Of a stretch of 64,000 bases of DNA, positions 52,315 through 62,487 are shown one piece after another (the stretch's first letter is position 1; each line of letters starts with the position of its first letter). The translations under genes were made by a program, and so were the position numbers. This DNA comes from Bacteroidales bacterium (GTDB taxonomy: Bacteria > Bacteroidota > Bacteroidia > Bacteroidales > NBLH01): assembly GCA_046329965.1 (NCBI GenBank), contig JAXLTR010000016.1, forward strand, positions 127,598-191,597. Direction: 5' to 3'. The notes under the pieces were generated by a model. The model had not been told where the DNA came from. It worked only from the letters and a program-made list of their open reading frames with translations, and did no database searches.

Positions 52315-54408
52315 GTGAAATTTAAAAAACCAATTTACTTTTTGATTTTAAGCTTATTGGGTATCAACCCGGTTTTACCCCAGACCGGGCCTGGCGGCTA
52401 TATCTATATTTCGCCCCTCGGTAACTCCGGGTTTCATAACCGCGAAACTTCAATCCTGGTTCGCTTTGGCGATAAAATAGATGCAAAAAGTTTAAAATCG
52501 GATTGTATTCAAGTAAATGGCCAGAAAAGTGGAACGCACCAACTTTCATTGAGTTTGTCGGCCGATAGTTCCACAATTATTGTAAAACCTTTGACTGCCT
52601 TTGAATATGGTGAAAAAGTTATTGTAAATGTTCTTGATGGCATTCATACCCTTACAAATAAAGAACTGCCCGAAGTTTCCTTCTGTTTTTATATTCGCCC
52701 TGCAAAACCGGCTGATGAAGCGGAATTCCCTGATTATTCTCCTGTTTTTCCGAAATCAGTACAAAATCTAAATACCACGGTTCATACTTTTGATATTTTT
52801 CACAATCCCCTTATAAAAATTAAATATTCAAACCATCCTGCTGAGGGAAATTTTTTTACTACGCTTTCCATTGGAAGCTCGAGTATACTTTACATCATGG
52901 ACAACCAGGGATTTCCTGTGTATATGAAGATAATGCCTGAAAAGGTGATTCATTTAAAACCCTGGCCTGGTGGTATTTGCAGCTATTTTGACTATGATAA
53001 ACTATCATTTATCACCCTCGACCAGGAAATGAATGTTCTGGGAAACTACCAGATGCAAAACGGCTACGAAACCAATATGCACGAATTTGTACTTTGCAGC
53101 AACGGCCACTCTTTTCTGATTGGATACGACAAACAAATTATGGATATGAGTGGAATTATTCCTGGTGGAAAAACCGAAGCTGTTGTAACCGGGGCAATTA
53201 TTCAGGAACTGGACGAATACAAAAATCTGATTTTTCAATGGCGCACCTGGGATCATTACAAAATTACCGATTCGTATCTCGATCTTACCGGATTATCAGT
53301 TGATTATGCCCATGTTAATTCCATTGATCCCGATACGGATTCAACCATTATTATTTCTGCCCGGCACATGAATGAAATAACCAGGATTAACAAAAAAAAT
53401 GGTTCTTTAATCTGGCGCATGGGGGGTCGCAGAAACCAGTTCCAGTTTAGTAATGATTACCGCAACTTTTCTGGTCAACATACTGCAATTATGCAAAAAA
53501 ACGGAATATTAACACTTTATGACAATGGCCTTGATGCTATGGCTGACTATTCGCGCGGTATTGAATATTTTGTGGACGAAAAAAACAAGCAGGTTCAGTT
53601 ACTTAAAGAGTATATTCATGCCCCCCCGGTTTTTGGTAAAGTAATGGGAAACATGCAGCAGCTTGAAAACGGAAATGTACTGGTTTATTGGGGCAGCCTT
53701 GCAAGCAGCGATACCATCGGGTTTTCTGAGTATGATGTTGATAATCAACTTTTATTTGAAGCCGGATTTTACAATTCAGGCACATTAAAAGCCCTGCCTG
53801 CCTATCGGGTGTACAAGGAAAAATGGGAACCTTCATTTTTTTCATTAAGTACCGATTCAATCCTTTTCGACAGTACAGAAACAGGACAGGTAAGGACTGC
53901 AACTGTTTCCATTAAAAACATTTCAAAAAGTATTAAAACGGTTGACAGTGTCTATTTTACGAGAGACGTTTACGAAATTTCCAATCCTTTTCCATTGGTA
54001 TTGTCGCCTGGGCAGGAAATAAACCTGGAAATCAGGTTTGCGCCTAAAGCGGATGGGAATTTTTCTGGCTATATCTTATTTTGTTCCGGATCTGATTCTG
54101 TATTTTATTCAAAAAAACTATGGGTGGATTCCAAATCATCTATAACCACTGGTCTGCATGAATTTGAACCAAGAAACCAAAATTTCCGGTTATGGCCTAA
54201 TCCGTTTACAGATGTTTTAAATTTCGATGCCCGGAAAATGGTAAAACAGATTGACCTTTTCGATTTTCATGGAAAAAGATGTTTTTACTCAAATATAAAT
54301 GTCAGGCAAGGCACCATTTATCCCAAAATGCTAAAAAGTGGAATTTACCTGCTACGTATTCTGTTCGCTGACAATTCGGCTTATACTGTGCAGGTAATCA
54401 AAATTTAA
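52315..54408 (+). CDS. Arylsulfotransferase (ASST) family protein with N-terminal Ig-like domain and T9SS-type C-terminal sorting domain
   Basis: GTG start, signal peptide; HEF, YAHVNSI, ISARHMNEI, GQHT, YSRGIEY; C-terminal LWPNPFTD...SGIYLLRI. Confidence 0.85.
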   Translation: MKFKKPIYFLILSLLGINPVLPQTGPGGYIYISPLGNSGFHNRETSILVRFGDKIDAKSLKSDCIQVNGQKSGTHQLSLSLSADSSTIIVKPLTAFEYGEKVIVNVLDGIHTLTNKELPEVSFCFYIRPAKPADEAEFPDYSPVFPKSVQNLNTTVHTFDIFHNPLIKIKYSNHPAEGNFFTTLSIGSSSILYIMDNQGFPVYMKIMPEKVIHLKPWPGGICSYFDYDKLSFITLDQEMNVLGNYQMQNGYETNMHEFVLCSNGHSFLIGYDKQIMDMSGIIPGGKTEAVVTGAIIQELDEYKNLIFQWRTWDHYKITDSYLDLTGLSVDYAHVNSIDPDTDSTIIISARHMNEITRINKKNGSLIWRMGGRRNQFQFSNDYRNFSGQHTAIMQKNGILTLYDNGLDAMADYSRGIEYFVDEKNKQVQLLKEYIHAPPVFGKVMGNMQQLENGNVLVYWGSLASSDTIGFSEYDVDNQLLFEAGFYNSGTLKALPAYRVYKEKWEPSFFSLSTDSILFDSTETGQVRTATVSIKNISKSIKTVDSVYFTRDVYEISNPFPLVLSPGQEINLEIRFAPKADGNFSGYILFCSGSDSVFYSKKLWVDSKSSITTGLHEFEPRNQNFRLWPNPFTDVLNFDARKMVKQIDLFDFHGKRCFYSNINVRQGTIYPKMLKSGIYLLRILFADNSAYTVQVIKI

Positions 54409-54431
54409 CCACTTTTCTAAACCTGAATTTT

Positions 54432-55670
54432 TCAATAAAACTTAATACATACAGGTGCAGGTACCGAAACGGATTTTTCTGTACTTTCCAGCCAACCATT
54501 TTCAGGGTCTATCTTAAATACCACAATATTGTTTGAATTCTGGTTGGCAACCAGCATAAATCTTCCACCCGGGGAAATCGCAAAATTTCTGGGCGTTTTT
54601 CCGCCGGTGCCCTGGAGACCCATAAATTTCAACTCACCCGATTGCTGGTTTATCTGGTACATGGCAATATTATTGATTTTTGCCCTGTTGCTGGCATATA
54701 GAAACTTACCAGAAGGACTGATATGTATATCGGCACTTGAAATGGTATCTGCTTTTCCCTGACCCAGCGTGGAAATTACCTGAAAACGGTTCCAGAATCC
54801 GATTTTCGAATCGGTACTGAAAGCTTCAATGGTGCCATTTAATTCGTTTAAAACATACACCCAGGGCATAAAGGGATGAAATTCGAAATGCCTTGGCCCA
54901 GCCCCTGATTGAGTGGGAATGTGAATTTTCGCCGGCTCAAGTTTTTCCTTGAGCGTGTCCAGAACATAAGCCCAAACCATATCGGTACCCAAATCTGTTG
55001 AAAAAACACCGGACGATAATTTAGCCTGCTGGATCATGTGGGCGTGCGGTACAACTTCAGGCCCGTCTGTCATCTTTCTGACATGTTGGTGAACATACTT
55101 TGCCGTGGTTAAAGAACCATCTGTATTTATGCCAAATAAAGCCACAGTGCCACTTCCGTAATTGGCATCCATAATATATTTACCCGAATTGTCAACAGAT
55201 AGATGGCAGGGCCAGGCGCCTTCGGATGGTACACTATTTATAAATGAAAGGGATTTACCATTGTCGCCAATTTTAAAAGCAGTCAGATAACCACCTCCGG
55301 TACTGTCATCCAGTTCATTTACACAATATAAATACTTTTTTGTAGCATGTATGGCAAGGTACGAAGGGTTTTCGGTTTGAGGTGAAGTGGAATTGTACTT
55401 CAAATCGCCTGTTTTATTGTTAAAACTATAAATATAAATCCCTTTTGAACCATTTGGTTTTCCAGCGTTATCAAGGGTGTAGGTTCCAATATAAACAAGC
55501 GATGTATCCGGGATGTTTTCATCATGGCCTGTATTATCAGATGGTTTACAACTAAGGTGAAAAATCAGGATGGCCAAAAAGATACCGGTTAATTTTAAAA
55601 TCTTTTTCATATCAGCAAAATAACAGGTGAATAATAAGAAATTGCGGACTTTTAATAATCCAGCTAACAA
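54432..55670 (-). CDS. Lactonase, 6-phosphogluconolactonase (Pgl/YbhE) family, lipoprotein
   Basis: YIGTYT, NPSYLA, PHAH, GAGPRHFEF, GKTPRNFAISP, LVANQNS; likely start 55610 with lipobox HLSC. Confidence 0.9.
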   Translation of the reverse strand: MLAGLLKVRNFLLFTCYFADMKKILKLTGIFLAILIFHLSCKPSDNTGHDENIPDTSLVYIGTYTLDNAGKPNGSKGIYIYSFNNKTGDLKYNSTSPQTENPSYLAIHATKKYLYCVNELDDSTGGGYLTAFKIGDNGKSLSFINSVPSEGAWPCHLSVDNSGKYIMDANYGSGTVALFGINTDGSLTTAKYVHQHVRKMTDGPEVVPHAHMIQQAKLSSGVFSTDLGTDMVWAYVLDTLKEKLEPAKIHIPTQSGAGPRHFEFHPFMPWVYVLNELNGTIEAFSTDSKIGFWNRFQVISTLGQGKADTISSADIHISPSGKFLYASNRAKINNIAMYQINQQSGELKFMGLQGTGGKTPRNFAISPGGRFMLVANQNSNNIVVFKIDPENGWLESTEKSVSVPAPVCIKFY

Positions 55671-55983
55671 ATATAACCATGATTTTCGATTTGAAGCCAG
55701 GAATTGTATTATAAGCTCTAAAACAAAATGATTTGTATATAAAACCGGATACTTATAATTCTCGGGAAAAAAGGATAATTCAAATACCGGGTTTAAAACT
55801 ACCTGGCATAAAATTATTGTACATTGTTACCTTTTATATCGCTATACATTGCAGACACTGGTATTTTTTTAACTTTTAAAGAATTTCATTTCATCGTCAA
55901 TTTCTCAACTTAATTTTTAAAAACAGATTCATTTATCTAAATTTGGCTAAAAATCTTCCATTTAACTTGAATAATATCAACTT

Positions 55984-56793
55984 ATGAGAATACTTATTCA
56001 CGAAAACTCAGATCGCCTTGACCTTTGGACGGCTCACTACATAGCGGCTAAAATTAAGTCTGCCAATCCAACCCCGGATAAGCCTTTTGTGCTTGGTTTA
56101 CCTACCGGGTCTTCGCCTGTAGGTATTTATAAAAACCTTGTAAAATTATGCCAAAGCGGTAAAATATCTTTTAAAAATGTGGTAACTTTTAATATGGATG
56201 AGTACGTTGGAATACCTGAAGATCATCCTCAAAGTTATCATTATTTTATGAACTACCATTTATTCAGTCATATCGATATTCCCACCGAAAATATTAACAT
56301 TCTTGATGGAAATGCAGTGGATCTTGACCTTGAATGTAAAAACTATGAAAAAAAGATAAAATCGTACGGAGGAATTGACCTCTTTGTGGGTGGGATTGGA
56401 ACAGATGGACATATTGCCTTTAATGAACCCGGCTCTTCACTTACCTCACGCACAAGAATAAAAACGCTGACCCAGGAAACTTTGGTGGCCAACAGCCGCT
56501 TTTTTGGCGGAGATATAGCAAAAGTACCAAAAACAGCATTAACTGTTGGGGTTGGAACTGTAATGGATGCAAAAGAAGTCCTTATCATTATCAGCGGCAT
56601 TTCTAAAGCGCATGCTGTTCGAAAAGGTATTGAAGAAGGTGTGAACCACATGTGGACCATTTCTATGCTACAACTCCATCAACATGGGGTTATCTGTTGC
56701 GACGATGAATCAACGATGGAACTTAAAGTTGGCACGGTTAAGTACTTTAAAGATATTGAAAAACAATCGCTTGCAAATATTCCTGAATTATAA
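55984..56793 (+). CDS. nagB: Glucosamine-6-phosphate deaminase
   Basis: [36 protein letters not shown]. Confidence 0.97.
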   Translation: MRILIHENSDRLDLWTAHYIAAKIKSANPTPDKPFVLGLPTGSSPVGIYKNLVKLCQSGKISFKNVVTFNMDEYVGIPEDHPQSYHYFMNYHLFSHIDIPTENINILDGNAVDLDLECKNYEKKIKSYGGIDLFVGGIGTDGHIAFNEPGSSLTSRTRIKTLTQETLVANSRFFGGDIAKVPKTALTVGVGTVMDAKEVLIIISGISKAHAVRKGIEEGVNHMWTISMLQLHQHGVICCDDESTMELKVGTVKYFKDIEKQSLANIPEL

Positions 56794-56809
56794 CTACTTC
56801 TAAAAAACT

Positions 56810-58810
56810 ATGGTAACCAGGGCTATTCATAAATCAGAAATAGAAAGGCTTGAAAACCAGGGCTGTACATGCGACGACTGGACAATGCTTATGGTAAAGG
56901 AGGGCTTTAACCCTTCAGCTGTGCGAAACAGCCACTTTTCAGGAAATGTCTCGCTTGGTTTGTTTCATAATTTAATTGAAGTGGAGCAGGACATTTACCG
57001 GCCCACAGGCGTTTATAATTCATTTATACAAAATTCAGGTATTGATGATAATTGCCTGGTGTCGAATGTGAATATTATGTGCAATTACCAGATTGCCAGC
57101 AATGTAGTTTTAGAAAACATTGGAAACCTGATTGTGCATGGCGAAGCTTATTTCGGAAACGGGGTTAAAATTGCCGTAATCAATGAAGCAGGTGGCAGGG
57201 AGTTGACCATGTACGAAGATTTAACTGCCCAAATTGCCTATTTAATGGTTTTGTACCGTCATGACAAGGCATTTACCGAAAGTATTCAAACCCTGGTGGA
57301 CAATTACGTAGATTCAAAAAAAAGTACATTTGGTAAAATTGATAAAAATGTATTTATCACCAACACAAAATCAATCAAGAACGTTAATATTGGCGAATCG
57401 GCAAAGATTGAAGGTGCCAATTTCCTGGAAAACGGTACTGTTTGCAGTAGTGAATTTTCGCCCGCATACATAGGATTTGGGGTAACTATCAAAGATTTTA
57501 TTGTTCATCATGGTTCAAAGATTGACGGGAACTCTGTCATCAACAATTGTTTCGTCGGACAGGGTGTGCAGCTGGGAAAATCATTTACAGCGGACCATTC
57601 TGCTTTTTTTGCGAATTGCGAAGGATTTCAAAGCGAAGTGTGTGCTGTTTTTGCAGGACCGTATACCATTACCCATCACAAACCCACCTTGCTCATTGCC
57701 GGGCTGTACTCTTTTTTCAACGCGGGCAGCGGAACCAACCAAAGCAACCACATGTATAAACTTGGCCCTGTGCACCAGGGCATTCTTGAGCGGGGGGTTA
57801 AAACCGGTTCTTTTTCATATATCATGTGGCCATCGCGCATTGGCGCCTATTCGGTGGTGATTGGAAAGCATTTAAGCAATTTTGATTCTTCCGATTTTCC
57901 ATTTTCATACATTAACGAAGCTGATGGAAAGACCAAGCTGATTCCGGGTTTTAACCTGTTTACTGTAGGTACCCGTCGCGATGTACTTAAATGGCAGCGC
58001 CGGGATAAAAGATACACCAATGACCGGTTGGATTTGATTCATTTTGAATTGTTAAACCCTCACATTGTCGGCAAAATACTGAATGCAATAAAAATACTTA
58101 AACGCCTTTCGGATAAAGCACCTTACGAACAAGAATCATTAACTTACAAGGGTTTGATAATACTAACTGTAATGTTAAAGAACGCCCTGAAATATTACGA
58201 TTTGGCGGTAAAAAGTTACATCGGTAATGAAATTGTCCACAAACTTGCTGATACAGGAAACCTCAAGTCGATGAAAACGATTTGGAGCCGCCTTGATACC
58301 CGAGATGAAGAAATTTCAGAAAAATGGGTGGATCTGGCAGGGATGTATATTCCAATAAATAAGATTACCTTACTTATAAATGCCATTAAATCATCTGAAA
58401 TAAATACCCTTGATTCCCTGGCAGAACAACTGAGGACTGAATATTTAAATTACCGGAAGTACAGCTGGGCCTGGTGTGCCAATTTAATTAAGGAATACTT
58501 TAAAATTAATATTAACCAAATTGAACCCAATCAGCTTATCGATATTTTAAATACCTGGAAAGAAAGCAGTTTACAGCTGAATAGCCTGACCCTGAAAGAT
58601 GCCGAGAAAGAATTTAATAAAAACAGCAGGATAGGATACGGTATTGATGCACAGGAAGAAAGCGGGGAAACCAGTTTAATGGATTTCGAAAATGTAAGGG
58701 GAAAAATGACAGATAATTCGTTTGTAAAATCAATACTCGATGAAAACAGCGAAATAAGCAATAAGTACAACCAGCTTGTCGAAGTTATCAATGGATTTAA
58801 ACAAGTCTAA
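56810..58810 (+). CDS. DUF4954 family protein
   Basis: 666 aa; FAGPYTITHHKPTLLIAG, FFNAGSGTNQSNHMYKLGPVHQG; hexapeptide-like stretches. Confidence 0.85.
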   Translation: MVTRAIHKSEIERLENQGCTCDDWTMLMVKEGFNPSAVRNSHFSGNVSLGLFHNLIEVEQDIYRPTGVYNSFIQNSGIDDNCLVSNVNIMCNYQIASNVVLENIGNLIVHGEAYFGNGVKIAVINEAGGRELTMYEDLTAQIAYLMVLYRHDKAFTESIQTLVDNYVDSKKSTFGKIDKNVFITNTKSIKNVNIGESAKIEGANFLENGTVCSSEFSPAYIGFGVTIKDFIVHHGSKIDGNSVINNCFVGQGVQLGKSFTADHSAFFANCEGFQSEVCAVFAGPYTITHHKPTLLIAGLYSFFNAGSGTNQSNHMYKLGPVHQGILERGVKTGSFSYIMWPSRIGAYSVVIGKHLSNFDSSDFPFSYINEADGKTKLIPGFNLFTVGTRRDVLKWQRRDKRYTNDRLDLIHFELLNPHIVGKILNAIKILKRLSDKAPYEQESLTYKGLIILTVMLKNALKYYDLAVKSYIGNEIVHKLADTGNLKSMKTIWSRLDTRDEEISEKWVDLAGMYIPINKITLLINAIKSSEINTLDSLAEQLRTEYLNYRKYSWAWCANLIKEYFKININQIEPNQLIDILNTWKESSLQLNSLTLKDAEKEFNKNSRIGYGIDAQEESGETSLMDFENVRGKMTDNSFVKSILDENSEISNKYNQLVEVINGFKQV

Positions 58811-58942
58811 ATGTGGCAATGGTTTTTCCTTTTCATAATTCGCAGTGTTTTTAAAACTTATTAAAATGTCCAGGTATTGAAATCAAATCGATTTGAATAT
58901 ACTAAACTGAACTAATTTCTAATCTAAATAAATCGCAACACA

Positions 58943-59773
58943 ATGAAAAAAACTTATCAAATCTGCCTGTTGGCCATTCTGGGATATATTTTTATATCTG
59001 GATGCAAATCAAAACAAGAAGAATGGATTTCTCTTTTTAATGGAAAGGATCTGACCGGTTGGACGCCAAAAATTTCGGGCTATGCTTTGAATGAAAATTT
59101 CAACAACACATTTACTGTTGACAGTGGAATTCTAAAGGTGGATTATTCCAAATATCAAAAATTCAATGGCGAATTTGGCCATATTTTCTACAAAACACCT
59201 TATTCGCATTACAAAATAAGGCTTGAATACCGATTTGTTGGTAAACAAACTGAAGGCGGCGCAGATTGGGCCAACCGTAACAGTGGTATAATGATACATT
59301 GCCAGGCACCCGAAACTATGGGAAAAGGACAAAGTTTCCCGGTTTCTATCGAAGTGCAATTATTGGGCGGATTAGGAGAAGGCGAAAGAACAACCGGAAA
59401 TGTGTGCACTCCGGGTACCCTCATTGATTATGAAGGAAAACCTTATCTGGAACATTGCCTCAGTTCAAAATCAAAAACCTACAATGGCGACAACTGGGTT
59501 AAATCAGAAGTGGTAGTTCTGGGCGATTCAATTATTCATCACATCATTGAAGGAGATACTGTGCTTACTTATACAAAAACCAGGATTGGCGGCGGTTACA
59601 TGCCAAAATTATCAGGAAATAAAGAAACTGATTTGGCTGATTCGCTTGAATATGTAAAAAATGAAGGCAAACCCTTATCGTCGGGCTACATTTCTCTGCA
59701 GGCTGAAAGTGGCCCCGTTGAATTCAGAAAAATTGAACTCCTTGATTTGGGAAACGAAGCGGAAAAGCCTTAA
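58943..59773 (+). CDS. DUF1080 (3-keto-disaccharide hydrolase-like) lipoprotein
   Basis: Lipobox ISGC; WISLFNGKDLTGW, NSGIMIH, GYISLQAE, VEFRKI. Confidence 0.9.
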   Translation: MKKTYQICLLAILGYIFISGCKSKQEEWISLFNGKDLTGWTPKISGYALNENFNNTFTVDSGILKVDYSKYQKFNGEFGHIFYKTPYSHYKIRLEYRFVGKQTEGGADWANRNSGIMIHCQAPETMGKGQSFPVSIEVQLLGGLGEGERTTGNVCTPGTLIDYEGKPYLEHCLSSKSKTYNGDNWVKSEVVVLGDSIIHHIIEGDTVLTYTKTRIGGGYMPKLSGNKETDLADSLEYVKNEGKPLSSGYISLQAESGPVEFRKIELLDLGNEAEKP

Positions 59774-59895
59774 TTTTTCTCTCCATGACAATATTCATAA
59801 ATTTATAAGTTTGATAAATTTGGACTCTTTCGTTGAATTTTTATCTTTGTCTGCTATTAATTTAAGCTTGAATTCTAACCTTTTAATTCCCGATT

Positions 59896-61254
59896 ATGTC
59901 TGATAATATTTCTGAAACTCAGGTACCTCAAAATAAAAGCAGTTACCTGGTTTCCATTACCATTATTGGTATTTTGTTTTTTGTTTTTGGATTTGTTACC
60001 TGGCTGAATGGTGCCTTAATGCCATTTTTGCAAACTGCCTGCGAGATAACTCCGTTTGAGGCCAGCCTGGTTACACTTGCATTTTATATTGCCTATTTTT
60101 TCATGGCTTTGCCTTCTTCTTTTGTTTTGAAAAGGACTGGTTATAAAAACGGGCTCTTTATTGGTCTTGTAGTAATGGCGCTAGGCGCATTATTATTTAT
60201 TCCCGCTGCTTATTCACGTACTTTCGGACTGTTTTTAACAGGATTGTTTGTTCTGGGTACCGGACTTGCTTTGTTGCAAACTGCGGTAAACCCTTTTCTT
60301 ACAGTAATTGGCCCGCGCGAAAGTGCTGCTGCCCGTATTTCAATTATGGGTATTTGCAACAAACTGGCTGGTTTTATTAGTCCTTTGGTACTTTCAGCCC
60401 TGGTAATGCATGGCATGGAAAGGTTTGCCCAAGATAAACTGGCTGTTCTTCAGATTGCCGATAAAGAAGTATTGTTAAACGAACTTGCAGCCAGGCTGGT
60501 TTGGCCCTACGCAATTATGGCTGTTGTGCTGGTTTTGTTTGGCATTGCGATAAAGTTTTCTGCCTTGCCCGATAAAGTGGAAGTGGATGAAGATGAGAAT
60601 GAATCCCTGCTTGATTTTATTAAACAAATCCCGCATGCATTAAAAATTCCACACCTGGCACTGGGTATTCTGACTATTTTCTTTTATGTTGGTGTTGAAG
60701 TTATGGCGGGCGACAGCCTTACCCAATTCGGGAAAAATCTGAACCTGGCCTATGCACCGAAGCTTACTTCATATACTATGGCCTTTATGATGCTGGGCTA
60801 TATTTTAGGCATATTGCTTATACCAAAGTATCTCAGCCAGAGCAAAGCGCTTATTGGTTCAGCCACATTGGGAATTTTATTTGCAATTGGTGCCAGCACT
60901 TCTTCAATTACCGACAATACCATGTTTGGCTCGGTTTTCGGATGGTTAAATACTGCGTTTGGGTTTGAAATTCCAATTATCCCGAACAGTGTATTTTTTG
61001 TTACCATGCTGGGACTGGCAAATGCATTAATGTGGCCTGCCATCTGGCCCCTGGTTTTGCACGATATCGGCAGTTTTACCAAAATTGCATCGGCACTTTT
61101 AATAATGGGTATTGCCGGTGGTGCCATTATTCCACCTATTTATGCCAAATTGGGGCAAAGCATTGGATTCCAGACGGCCCTGTGGATCATGGTTCCCCTT
61201 TATTTATATATCCTGTTTTTTGCCGTTTCTGGGCATAAAATCCGGAAAAAATAA
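59896..61254 (+). CDS. MFS sugar transporter, GluP/FucP (NagP-like) family
   Basis: LFFVFGFVTWLN, LQTAVNPFLTVIGP, FFYVGVEV, LLIMGIAGGAI. Confidence 0.93.
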   Translation: MSDNISETQVPQNKSSYLVSITIIGILFFVFGFVTWLNGALMPFLQTACEITPFEASLVTLAFYIAYFFMALPSSFVLKRTGYKNGLFIGLVVMALGALLFIPAAYSRTFGLFLTGLFVLGTGLALLQTAVNPFLTVIGPRESAAARISIMGICNKLAGFISPLVLSALVMHGMERFAQDKLAVLQIADKEVLLNELAARLVWPYAIMAVVLVLFGIAIKFSALPDKVEVDEDENESLLDFIKQIPHALKIPHLALGILTIFFYVGVEVMAGDSLTQFGKNLNLAYAPKLTSYTMAFMMLGYILGILLIPKYLSQSKALIGSATLGILFAIGASTSSITDNTMFGSVFGWLNTAFGFEIPIIPNSVFFVTMLGLANALMWPAIWPLVLHDIGSFTKIASALLIMGIAGGAIIPPIYAKLGQSIGFQTALWIMVPLYLYILFFAVSGHKIRKK

Positions 61255-61272
61255 TTTAACCTGATTTGTTTT

Positions 61273-61310
61273 TTAAAACCCTGCCTTTCTATGAATGTGC
61301 AGGGTTTTAA
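61273..61310. terminator. Intergenic hairpin between MFS and kinase genes (terminator or processing stem)
   Basis: ttaaaaccctgc...gcagggttttaa 12-bp inverted repeat. Confidence 0.55.
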
Positions 61311-61334
61311 TTCACCTGCCACTTAATACTTACT

Positions 61335-62408
61335 TTGATGGATATAAAAATAATTAAAATTGCCGGCCAGTTTGTTACAGATGGAAAAATTGAATCTGCA
61401 GTATCATACGGAGGAGGACACATTAATGATACTTTTAGGGTTACTGCTTCTTCAGGTTCAAATTACATTTTACAAAAAATAAATAAAAACGTTTTTAAAA
61501 CACCCCTAAACGTGGTGAATAATATTGAAAAACTGCTTCAACATTTTAACCATATTGGCAAAAATGCGCTTCAAACTTTTCCTGCTTTTGATGGAAAAAA
61601 GTATTACCTTGATGAGCAGGGCGACTATTGGCGGCTGTACAATTTTGTTTCAGATGCAAAATCTTACGAAGTAATTGAAAATGAAACCCAGGCTTTTGAA
61701 GCAGGTAAGGCGTTTGGATCCTTTTTACACGATACCCTTGCCTTAAATCCTTCGGAATTTAAAGAAACTATTCCCAACTTTCATCACCTGGGCAAGCGGT
61801 ACGAGAAATTCCGGTCTGTTATTGAACAAAATCCTGCCAAAAGGCTCGATTCTGTTAAAACAGAGGTAGATATTGCCCTTGCACATTTTCATATCGCCGA
61901 ATCAGTTGAAAAATCTATCGCATCCGGTGAATTACCGGTACGGGTTACCCATAACGATACAAAACTCAACAATGCCTTGTTCGACATAAATACAGGGAAA
62001 GGAATTTGCGTTATTGATTTAGATACCGTGATGCCCGGCCTTTTAATGTACGATTATGGCGATATGGTGCGCACTTTCACCAGTCCTTTGGCTGAGGACG
62101 ACACTCATTTTGAAAAGGTTAAAATGAGAATAGAAATTTTCAAGCAGCTTACGCACGGCTACATGTCAGAATTATCAAATGCCATAAAAAAAGCAGAAAT
62201 TGAAAACCTTGTTTTAGGCGCAAAATATATGACTCTAATCATGGCGGTCAGGTTTTTAACCGACTACATTGAAGGCGACGTATATTATAAAATTAAACAT
62301 CCAAACCATAATATTGACAGGGCACGCAACCAGTTTGCCCTTTTAAAAAGTATTGAAAACCACGAAGATGAACTTCAAAAATTCATCTACGATAATTATT
62401 TAAAATAA
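61335..62408 (+). CDS. APH-fold phosphotransferase, N-acetylhexosamine 1-kinase (NahK)-like
   Basis: YGGGHINDTF, YILQKIN, RVTHNDTKLNN, VIDLDTVMPG, YDYGD, RFLTDYIEGDVYYK. Confidence 0.85.
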   Translation: MMDIKIIKIAGQFVTDGKIESAVSYGGGHINDTFRVTASSGSNYILQKINKNVFKTPLNVVNNIEKLLQHFNHIGKNALQTFPAFDGKKYYLDEQGDYWRLYNFVSDAKSYEVIENETQAFEAGKAFGSFLHDTLALNPSEFKETIPNFHHLGKRYEKFRSVIEQNPAKRLDSVKTEVDIALAHFHIAESVEKSIASGELPVRVTHNDTKLNNALFDINTGKGICVIDLDTVMPGLLMYDYGDMVRTFTSPLAEDDTHFEKVKMRIEIFKQLTHGYMSELSNAIKKAEIENLVLGAKYMTLIMAVRFLTDYIEGDVYYKIKHPNHNIDRARNQFALLKSIENHEDELQKFIYDNYLK

Positions 62409-62487
62409 AAAGCAAGACTTTTTTGACTTCTTCACAATATAATATAATTTTAGGCTATCTGAATTAATCTTTCTGTCTTGAAATTAA

